A stretch of 64,000 nucleotides of DNA, taken from positions 256,001 through 320,000 of the forward strand of contig CAWFXA010000002.1 in the NCBI GenBank assembly GCA_963819655.1. Reading direction: 5' to 3'. The notes beneath the pieces are model-generated. The model was not told where the DNA came from and searched no databases. It was given only the letters and a program-made list of their open reading frames with translations. Numbering within the stretch: the stretch's first letter is position 1; every line of letters starts with the position of its first letter. Position numbers and translations under genes: made by a program. Shown here piece by piece: positions 42,420-51,272 of the stretch. The stretch is from an uncultured Chloroflexia bacterium (lineage in GTDB: Bacteria > Chloroflexota > Limnocylindria > Limnocylindrales > CSP1-4).

Positions 42420-43956
42420 TCCGTGGACGCGTCCTCCGCGGCGCGGCAAGCAATATGGTGGGCCAGGCGATCGTGGTTCTCACCGCGTTCGTCCTCACTC
42501 CCTACATCCTCAACCAAGTAGGGCCGGTCGGTTACGGACTCTGGATCCTCGTCGGGTCGCTCGCTGCATACGGCGACCTGTTCGATCTGGGCATCAGCGC
42601 CTGTCGTCAAGTACGTCGCGCAGTTCCGGGCGCAGGCCGACCGGGCGATGGAACGGGCCATCCTGGCATCGGCCCTTCGACTGTACCTGGGGCTGGGAAC
42701 GATCGTCCTGATCATAACCCTCGGCTTCGCTCCGCTATTTCCACTGATCTTCAATTTGCCCGATGAGACTCGATCGACCGCGAGTCTGCTCGTTGTGCTT
42801 CTGGCGTGAACCTCGCGGTCTCGATCGTCTCGGCACCAGCGTTGTCCGTCCTCACGGCCTTACAACGATTCGGGTGGTCCAACGTCGTCCGAACTGGCTC
42901 CATGATGCTGTGGGCTCTCGCGACCGTGATCGTCCTCGAGGCAGGAGGCGGGGTCGTGGCCATGGTCGCCGTCAACATCCCGGTGACCCTGCTCATGCGC
43001 GTGGTCTGCGTCCGGCTGATTCCGCCGGCGCACCGATCTTGCCTTCGGCTACCGTGGCGCCAGCCGGGCCTCCATGCGACAGCTTGTCGCGTTCGGCGGT
43101 GGAGTCGTGCCTGCCAGATCTCGGATCTGCTACAGCGCAAGAGCGATGAGCTGATCGTGGCGTTGTCACTCAGCGTTGCTGCGGTCACCCCTTACGCGCT
43201 GGGTCGGCGACTCAGCGAGCTTCCACATCTCGTTGCGAATCAATTCGTTCGCGTCCTGCTCCCGATCGCTGCTGAGTTGAGCGCTCAGGAGGAGATCGAT
43301 CGGTTGCGGACGCTCTATATCGTCGCCACCCGGGTCACGGTCGCGATCTTCACCTCGATCGGCCTCGGCGTGGTCCTGCTCGCCGAGCAGATCCTCATCG
43401 TGTGGGTGCATCCCGGCTATGAGGATGCGGTACCGGTTGTCGTCATTCTGACGATGGCGAGCTATTTGGTGACCAGTCAGTGGCCGGCCGGCGCCGATCG
43501 TGCCGGGGATGGGACGATTCCGGCTGGTTGCGCTTCGTCGGTCGCGTCTGGGATCGCGAACGTGGCGCTCTCGATCTCCTCGTCCAGAGACTGGGCTTGA
43601 TCGGCGTTGCGATCGGGACCCTCCTGCCGACCGCGGTGGAGGCGCTTGGGTTCGTCCTTCCCTACACGATGGTGACGCTGCGCGTTCCGCCACGAAAAGC
43701 GCTCGTCGAGATTTGGCTTCCATCTGTGCTACCAGCGCTTCCGGCCGGGATGATCATCCTCGCTCTGCGGGAGGCCTTTGCGCCGACGTCCCTGCTGGAC
43801 TTGGCGTTTGTCATGCTCGCCGGCATGCTTGTGTACGTTGGCAGTTACTTGGCCATCCCGACGACGGCCTTGGAGAGACGCATGGTTGTCGATGCCATAC
43901 GCAAGGCTGCCTCGGCGGTCGATCGCGGCGCGTCGGAACCACCCACCGTGCGATGA
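42389..43956 (+). CDS. Wzx/MOP-family flippase (frameshifted)
   Basis: LTPYILNQVGPVGYGLWIL, FDLGI, AVTPYALG, QILIVWV, ANVALSI, LGLIGVAIGT. Confidence 0.8.
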
Positions 43957-44107
43957 CGACAGTCTCTCGGCCTCACAGGGCAGCCGAGACACGCGGTCCT
44001 GCGGTCGCCAAGGCCCCTATGAGAGCTCCCCAAGGGCCGACCCCGTCGGCTCGCCCCTTCCACGGCAGGGTCGTCGCCGTCACGGCGATCGTCGCCTCGG
44101 TAGACCG

Positions 44108-45207
44108 TCAGGCCTGACCCGCCACGACCGCGCGGAAGATGTCGACGTGCCGCTGCACGCAAGCAGCCCACGTGAACGCCTTCGCGCGCTCGATGCCGCG
44201 GTGCCCGAGCGCCTCGCGGTCATCCAGCGTCGCCACGATGCCCGCCGCGATGGCGTCGGGGTCGGTGGCGTCGAAGAGCACGGCCGCGTCGCCGACGATC
44301 TCGGGGAGCGACCCCGCGTCGGAGGCGGCGACCGGGCAGGCGGACGCCATGGCCTCCAACGGAGGCAGGCCGAAGCCTTCGTAGAGGCTCGGGAATGCGA
44401 GCACCGCGGCGCGCTGGTAGAGCGAGATCAGCTCGCTACGTGACACCAGTCCGCGGACGTCGACCCAGTCGGGCAGGTCGGTGAGGCCCTCGAGCGCGGC
44501 ACCGGTCAGGACGAGGCGCATGCCGGGGTGCGTGCGGCGTACCGCCTCCATGGCCTGGACCAGGCGCCGGTGGTTCTTGTGCGGCCAGCCGCGCGCGGGG
44601 TAGAGCACGAAGTCCTCGCGCTCGCCGTGCTGCGGGACGAAGGACGACGTGTCGACGCCCAGGTGCGCCACGTGGACGCGGTCCGGGTCGACGCCGAGGT
44701 GGTGGACGATCCGCTGGCGCGAGAACTCGCTGATCGTGATCACGGTCCGGGCGCGACGGGTCGGGGCGTCGTAGCGGACGCGCCGGTAGAGGCGCTCGGC
44801 GGGCGAGAAGTTCTTCGGCTGGTCGAGGTGCTGCACGTCGTGCAGCTCGACGACGTGGGGCACACCCCGCGGCGGACGCGGTGACGGGACAGTGAGCGGG
44901 TAGTAGACGAGGTCGGATCCCGCAGCAGGCCGCGGGCGGTGGCCGACAGCTCGGCGCAGAGCTGCGACACGAGGCGGTCGAGGTTGGACGGGCCGCCCGG
45001 GACGTCCCCGACCACGCGGAAGGGTGCGATCTCGGTGAGACCCGCGGCGGCGCGAGGCACCCCCACCGTCAGGTCGACGAGGGGGTGCTCGTGCAGCCCC
45101 CGCGCCACCTCGGTGACGAACGTCTGGGTGCCGCCCATGCCTCCCGGCACCAGCGTCATGAGGGGGATGGTGACGGTCAGCGGGGTCGCAGGTGTGCGGT
45201 CGTCCAT
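44108..45207 (-). CDS. Glycosyltransferase family 4 (frameshift near 44925; very high GC3)
   Basis: PGGMGGTQT, LHDVQH, YPARGWPHKNH, FPSLYEGFGLPPLEAMA. Confidence 0.88.
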
Positions 45208-45467
45208 GGCGGCACCATCCTGACGGGTCGGGTCGGGTCGGCGCCCGATCGGCACCCCTCACGCCTCGCCCTGGCCCGCCACCGGGCCTGTTGCCGGCAA
45301 CATCGCCGACCTGCAACGGGACGGTTGGTCGACGGTCAACCCGACGCTTCAGCAGTTCCGGGTGGAGGCCGACCCGACGGGCTCGTCGGCCAAGCCGGCA
45401 ACGAGATCATCCAGCAGATCCTCGATCTCGTGGAAGCCGCGCGAGCCACGTCCTGAGTGGGATCGAG

Positions 45468-45505
45468 CTAGAGCAGCTCCCCGTGCGCCGACGCCGGTCG
45501 GCTCG
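45468..45505 (-). repeat. kamA 3' end (att-like direct repeat, right copy)
   Basis: CTAGAGCAGCTCCCCGTGCGCCGACGCCGGTCGGCTCG versus 13680-13716. Confidence 0.85.
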
Positions 45506-47054
45506 CCCTCGCGGGGGCGGGGCTCCTCGCCGGGACCGTAGACCGTCGCAGCCTCCGCCGAGGGCGGCTCATCACCGTTGCCCGACTCGAGCACCTTGCA
45601 GCGGCGCGCCCGGCCTGGCCCTCGATCGCGCCGACGCCGAACGGCACCCACTTCGACGGGTCCTGGAGCCGATGCGCCTCGGTGTTGCCGCGCGTGTGGA
45701 CCTCCTCGAAGCCCTTCGGCTCGATCCACATCCGCTCGCCCTCGAGCAGGCCGAGCACGCCGGACTGGCCGGGCTCGGGCCGCTCGTGCTGGCAGTACCG
45801 GCATGCCGCCGTGTCGTGCTTCTGGTACGTCTCGGGCTCCTCGTAGGTCGTGATGTAGCCCTCGTAGTTGCGCAGCACGACCTTGTGGTCCGAGTACGAG
45901 ATCAGGTAGTTCGGCATGACCGGGATCTTGCCGCCGCCGCCGGGCGCGTCGATGACGTAGGTCGGGACCGCGTACCCGGACGTGTGTCCGCGCAGGCCCT
46001 CCATGATCTCGAGGCCCTTCCCGACCGGCGTCCGGAAGTGCCCGGAGCCCTCGACCAGGTCGCACTGGTACAGGTAGTACGGCCGGATCCGGTTCGCCAC
46101 GAGCTGGTGGACGAGCGCCCGCTGGATGTGGACGCAGTCGTTGACGCCGGCGAGCAGCACGCTCTGGTTGCCGACCGGCAGCCCGGCCTTCGTGAGCTTG
46201 TCGGTCGCGCGCGAGACCTCGGGCGTGATCTCGTTCGGGTGGTTGAAGTGGAGGTTGATCCACAGCGGGTGGTACTTCTCGAGCATCTCGCACAGCTCGT
46301 CGTCGATCCGCTGCGGCAGGAAGACCGGCACCCGCGACCCGATCCGGATGATCTCGATGTGCGGGATCTCGCGCAGCCCGCGCAGGATCGACTCGAACAG
46401 CTTCGGCGCGAGCGTCAGGCCGTCGCCGCCGGAGATCAGGACGTCGCGGACCTGCGGCGTCCGGCGCAGGTAGTCGAGCTGGGCCTCGTGGTCCTTGCGG
46501 TTGAAGTTCTGGGTCGGGTCACCGACGATCCGCGACCGCGTGCAGTACCGGCAGTACGACGCGCACTGGGTCGTGACCAGCATCAGGACGCGGTCGGGAT
46601 AGCGGTGGACGAGACCCGGCACCGGCGAGTGGCGGTCCTCGGCGAGCGAGTCCTCCATCATCGCGGTGAAGGCCTCGTGCTCGCGGCCGGTCGGGATGAC
46701 CTGGCGGCGGATCGGGTCGTCGGGGTCCTTCGGGTCGATCAGGCTGATGAAGTACGGCGTGATGTCGACGCGGAACTTGTCGGTCGCCGACAGGCCTTCG
46801 CGCTCCTCGTCGGTCAGCTCGAGGATCTGCTCGATCTCGGCGAGCTCGTTGACCCGGTTCGACAGCTGCCAGCGCCAGTCGTTCCACTTCTCGTCGGGGA
46901 CGTCCTCGTAGATCGGGGCGCGACGGCTGACGGCCGGTCGACCGTCCGGACCGAGCGCTCGAGCCGGGTCGGTCAGGTTGACGAACGGCGCCTCGGCGGC
47001 GACGCGCGCGGCATCCTGGTGCGCGACGGCGGACTTGATCTCGTGAGCGTCCAA
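45468..47054 (-). CDS. kamA: KamA-family radical SAM enzyme, lysine 2,3-aminomutase
   Basis: WNDWRWQ, DSLAED, HRYPDRVL, CASYCRYCTRSR, ISGGD, GNQSVLL, YLYQCD, GHTSG, DAPGGGGKIP. Confidence 0.9.
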   Translation of the reverse strand: MDAHEIKSAVAHQDAARVAAEAPFVNLTDPARALGPDGRPAVSRRAPIYEDVPDEKWNDWRWQLSNRVNELAEIEQILELTDEEREGLSATDKFRVDITPYFISLIDPKDPDDPIRRQVIPTGREHEAFTAMMEDSLAEDRHSPVPGLVHRYPDRVLMLVTTQCASYCRYCTRSRIVGDPTQNFNRKDHEAQLDYLRRTPQVRDVLISGGDGLTLAPKLFESILRGLREIPHIEIIRIGSRVPVFLPQRIDDELCEMLEKYHPLWINLHFNHPNEITPEVSRATDKLTKAGLPVGNQSVLLAGVNDCVHIQRALVHQLVANRIRPYYLYQCDLVEGSGHFRTPVGKGLEIMEGLRGHTSGYAVPTYVIDAPGGGGKIPVMPNYLISYSDHKVVLRNYEGYITTYEEPETYQKHDTAACRYCQHERPEPGQSGVLGLLEGERMWIEPKGFEEVHTRGNTEAHRLQDPSKWVPFGVGAIEGQAGRAAARCSSRATVMSRPRRRLRRSTVPARSPAPARASRPASAHGELL

Positions 47055-47267
47055 GCGGGCTGGCCTCCGGGCTGCAACGCATAAAGTCTATGCACTCTGC
47101 AAGTCGCCGGATGATAGCGCCGGGGTATCGGGCCGGTCCAGCGCCCGAGGTGGCAGGAAGGGGCGTGCAGCATCGGAAAGCCCGGGGTAGGTGAGCAGCC
47201 CGATGACCACATCTCGGTCGAATCGACCACGAGGAGGCGTGTCGCAGGTCGCGTCAGCAGCACGAGG

Positions 47268-47807
47268 TGAGAGCAGCCGATGTTCCGGTGCAAGACGAAG
47301 ATCGGCCGCCGGAAGCCGAGCCGGATCGGTTGATCGGTCCTGATGATCCGTCGCAGCTCATCCCGATGCCTCGCCAGGGGCTCGGGCAGGTCGATAGTGC
47401 TATCGCGCCAGGTGGCGATGGTCTTGGCATCGACCCACGCGTTGATGTCGCAGCCATCGACACCCCACTCGAGTGTCCGACGGCTGTTGTTCTCGATCGT
47501 CACAAGGGCCTCGCCGCCGTAACGGGCGTCGAGCGGGTTTAGGTCGACCGAAAGGGTCAACCTGACGCCTCCGAACTCCGTGGACGCGGATCTAGGCAGG
47601 GACCGGGGTTCCGGACCGTCCGAGGGAGGCGGCGCCGGGGGCAACGGCGCGACCGTTGCCATCGCGACAGCCGGTTCGGGACTCGCAGTCGGCGTCGCCG
47701 CGAGTGGCGTGGTCGACGGCGTCGGGCGCGGGCGACGGAGCCGGCCCAGCGCAACCGACGAGGATCAGGGCCAGCGCAAGCACCACTGGACGGGTGGGTT
47801 TCATCAC
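47268..47807 (-). pseudogene. Lipoprotein paralog of 47815-48828, truncated after ~180 codons
   Basis: Lipobox LVGC; SASTEFGGVRLT..LEWGVDGC..TWRDS..LHRNIGC aligns with the upstream paralog, then homology ends abruptly. Confidence 0.65.
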
Positions 47808-47814
47808 AGCGCCC

Positions 47815-48828
47815 TCAGAAACCGACGCTGTGCTCTCTCACGGTGACGATCTCGCGCGTGATCGGATCGATGAACGCCGCGTGGAGCGTGTTCACCAGGT
47901 CACCGTCGAAGACGCTCCCGACGGCCCACAGTCCGAGCTGACGGTCGAACTCCACGATCGGCTGCTGCGTGCGGTCGAGCGGGCGCGTCAGGAGCCAGGA
48001 GCTGAGGCGCGCATCCGCCAAGGCGACGTCGATGGCCTCGAACGGCGACAGGAACTCCTCCGGCCGGCCACCGACGACGAACGAGTCGAGGGACACCTCG
48101 AGCGGCCGTAGGTCGTCTCCGTCGAGCAGCTTCCAGCGCTCGAGACGGGCGGTCAGGACCACAGGTCCATTGGGCGCCGGCCCGAGGCGCTTGGCGGCGC
48201 TGCCGTCCCAGATGAACTCCCGGGTCACGCTGTCGCCCGGCTCGAGACGATGACGAGTCGCGAACTTCGCGCACCCCGTGCCGCGATGCAGGAGCGAATA
48301 CGGCCGGTGGAGATCGAGCTCGATGGGCTCGTCGACCGGGATGTCCCGGCGAAGCCAGTCGCGATACGTCGCCAGCCCGGACGGTACGTCAAGGACGCTG
48401 TCCCGCCAGGTCGACATCGTCGTGCCGGAGACCGCCGCGTTGCCCCCGCAGCCGTCGGCCCACCACTCGAGCCTCCGCTGGCTCCGATTGTCGATCGTGA
48501 CGGTGAGGATCGATCCGAAGACCGCATCGATCGGGTTGTGTCCGACGGCGATCGTGAGCCGTGCGCCACCGAACTCTGCGGAGGCGGTCTCGGGCACCTG
48601 CCCTTGGTACGGGGCGCCGCTCGGGTATGGCGTTGGCGTGTTCGGTGGGACGGTCGCGACCGCCGGTACCGGAGACGTCGTTGCTGTCGGCGTGGGTTGC
48701 GGTCCAGGAACGGACGGGACCGTGGCCATCGTCGGGTCCGGCGAGGCGGTCGGTGTCGGACCGGCACAGGCTGCGACGACCAACAGCCAGGCTGCCAGGA
48801 CGGAACGAGTGGATGCCATGGTCACCAC
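47815..48828 (-). CDS. Hypothetical lipoprotein
   Basis: Lipobox VAAC, P/T linker, C-terminal PepSY-like WAV..IDPITREIV. Confidence 0.75.
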   Translation of the reverse strand: MVTMASTRSVLAAWLLVVAACAGPTPTASPDPTMATVPSVPGPQPTPTATTSPVPAVATVPPNTPTPYPSGAPYQGQVPETASAEFGGARLTIAVGHNPIDAVFGSILTVTIDNRSQRRLEWWADGCGGNAAVSGTTMSTWRDSVLDVPSGLATYRDWLRRDIPVDEPIELDLHRPYSLLHRGTGCAKFATRHRLEPGDSVTREFIWDGSAAKRLGPAPNGPVVLTARLERWKLLDGDDLRPLEVSLDSFVVGGRPEEFLSPFEAIDVALADARLSSWLLTRPLDRTQQPIVEFDRQLGLWAVGSVFDGDLVNTLHAAFIDPITREIVTVREHSVGF

Positions 48829-48882
48829 CTCCGGTCCCCGGTAGACGCGCCGTCCGCGTACGCGGGTGACGGCGCTGAGCAG

Positions 48883-50900
48883 TCAGTCCCGTAGCGCGCC
48901 CAGCAGGTCGCTGTACCGATCCGTCCACGCGCGCCGACCGTCGGCGTGCGCCGTCCGCCATCGATCGCCCTCGACGAGGCCCGCCACGTCGGCGAACGAG
49001 CGACCGACCACGACCCACTGCGAGGCGTCGGCGAGCTCGGAGAGCTCGGGCGGCGGCAGGTCGCTGCCGATGATCGCGACGAACCCGAGGTCGCGCGCCG
49101 CTGCGGCGACGACCGGCTCGAGATCGATGAAGCGGTTCGAGATGTGGACAGCGATGACCCCGCGGGGCGCGAGCGTGCGCATCGACGTCGCGAACGACTC
49201 GACGGTCAGCAGGTGGACCGGCACGGTGTCCGACGAGAACGCGTCGAGCACGAGCAGGTCGAACGAACCCGGCGCCACGGTCTCGAGGTCGAGCCGGCCG
49301 TCGCCGACCACGACGTCGATCGTCGCCGGCGAGTCCGCGAGGAACGTGAAGCTCGCCGGGTCACGGGCGATCTCGACCACCGTCGGGTCGATCTCCGCGA
49401 ATCGATAGGTGTCCGCCGGCCGGCCGTACGCGGCGATCGCGCCAGCCCCGAGCCCGACCGCGCCGAACCGCATCGCCGGAAGCTCCGCCTGCATCGATTC
49501 GATGACTTCGCCGAGCGGCCCGGCCCGGTGGTAGTAGCTGAGCGGCTCGCCGGCCAGCGGCCCGTCGAAGGTCTCCCGCCCGTGGATCGTCGTGCCCGAG
49601 ACGAGGACATGGAGGCCGGGCCTCGGCTCGTCGACCCGATAGACGCCATAGAAGCTGCGGTCAGCCCGGATCGTGTCGGGCGAGCCGATCAGGCTCCACG
49701 CCACCGCGACGAGAACCGCGACCAATGGCGGGATGCTGGCGAGCCGGAGCCAGCCGGCGCCGGCGCTCATCACGACCGCCAGAGCGATGACGAGCAATCC
49801 CTCGACCGGGACGCGGAAAACGAGCGGCGCGACGATCCCCGTCAGGACGCCACCGAGCGCGCCACCCAGGGCGACATGCAGCGAGTACGACGTCAGGTAG
49901 ACCGGCGACGGTCGGTCGGCGGCGAGTCGGCCGTGGAGCGCGAGTCCAGCCGCCGCCAGCGTCGCGAGCAGGAGACCGATCGACTGCCACAGCGAGAGAT
50001 CGATGGCTCCGATCGCCCGCAGCGCGACCGCGAGAGCGAGGACCGGGAGCACGACCGACCCGAGTCGTCGGCCGATCGGGGTCGGGGCGCAGGTAGGCGA
50101 GGATCAGCGTCGCAAGGTAGATCGTCAGCGGGACGACCCACAGGAACGGGACGGCGGCGATGTCGGTCGAGATGTTCGTCGTGACGCCGATGAGCAACGC
50201 CGCCGGCACGGCCGCGAGGAGGATCCACATCGCCCGGCGGCGGGCGAGCGGCCGGGGTTCCGTCGTAGCGACGACGTCCCGCGACAGGTGGCCGGATCGC
50301 CGGACGATCAGCGCCAGAGCCACCGTCCCAGCCGCGAAGATCGCGAAACCGATCGACCACCACCGAGCCTGGTCGGGCAGGTCGAGGTTCGGCTCGACCA
50401 GGGTCGGGTACGCGATGAGGCCGATCAGGCTGCCCGCATTCGAGGCCGCGAACAGCCGGTATGGCTCGCTCGCCCCGGGGACCGCCGCGAACCAGCGCTG
50501 CGTCGTCGGGCTCGCGGTCGCCAGGACGAAGAACGGCAACCCGACGATGGCGGCCAGGACCAGCGCCAGCCACAGCCCGGTCGCAACACCGTCGGGCGGG
50601 CGCGCGAACGCCGGGACCGCAAGGGGTGCGGTCAGCAGCACCCCGGTCGCGGCAACGACCAGACCGATCTGGAGCCAGGCGTGACGCCGCAACCCAAGCG
50701 AGCTGAGGGTGAGATGGGTCCACGCGTACCCGGCCAGCAGCGTCGTCTGGAAGAACACGATGGCCGTGGTCCACACCGCGCTGCTGCCACCGTACGTCGG
50801 CAACAGGGACTTGGCGACGAGCGGTTCGACGAGGAAGGCGAGGGCGGCCGCCACGAACGCGACGAGGACGAAGAGCGCGGTCTCCGCCCGGGAGACAGGC
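48883..50900 (-). CDS. Fused MFS/spermidine synthase-like protein (frameshift near 50080; start approximate)
   Basis: LLPTYGGSSAVW..FFQ, EPYRLFAASNAGS, RSFYGVYRV, GTTIHG, VGLGAG, EIDP, GDGR, LDAFSSD..VHLLT, WTDRYSDL. Confidence 0.85.
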
Positions 50901-50904
50901 GGGA

Positions 50905-51225
50905 TTACTCCCCGATCACCGACCAGAGCAGCCCCATCATGATGAAGAAGCCGCTGAACAGGGCGATGAGCCCGATGCCGCCATACGGCGTGCTCGCACC
51001 GACGTGGGGCACGAGCTGCAACCCGATGCCGAACCCCACTGCCCACACGATGAACAGCAGTGTGAACAGGAACTTCGCGTTCGGGTTGGTGACCCGCCGA
51101 ACCCAGCGCGAGCCGCCCTCGCTCGACAGTGCCGCCTTCAGCACGATCACGAGCATCAGCGTGACCACGGCGATGCTGATCCCGAACGGGATGGGCTGCT
51201 GGAAGGCCACGAGGAACAGCTGCAT
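50905..51225 (-). CDS. Small three-TM hypothetical membrane protein
   Basis: 106 aa with GGCGAG before the ATG; hydrophobic segments; host-like codon usage. Confidence 0.7.
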   Translation of the reverse strand: MQLFLVAFQQPIPFGISIAVVTLMLVIVLKAALSSEGGSRWVRRVTNPNAKFLFTLLFIVWAVGFGIGLQLVPHVGASTPYGGIGLIALFSGFFIMMGLLWSVIGE

Positions 51226-51272
51226 CTCGCCAGCGATGCTAGCAGATGGGGTCTCCCATACGATGACCCCGC

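Larger units (their letters stand above)
13717..45467. mobile_element. ~32 kb surface-polysaccharide/glycosylation genomic island
   Basis: Bounded by the kamA-tail direct repeats; visibly more A/T-ending codons than the flanks; glycan genes and decayed fragments; no integrase visible. Confidence 0.7.

Noticed and set aside
13717-45467. Prophage, ICE or transposon identity for the island
   Set aside because: No integrase, transposase, relaxase or phage structural motifs found in the ORF track
45192-47084. 630-aa plus-strand ORF
   Set aside because: Antisense shadow of kamA
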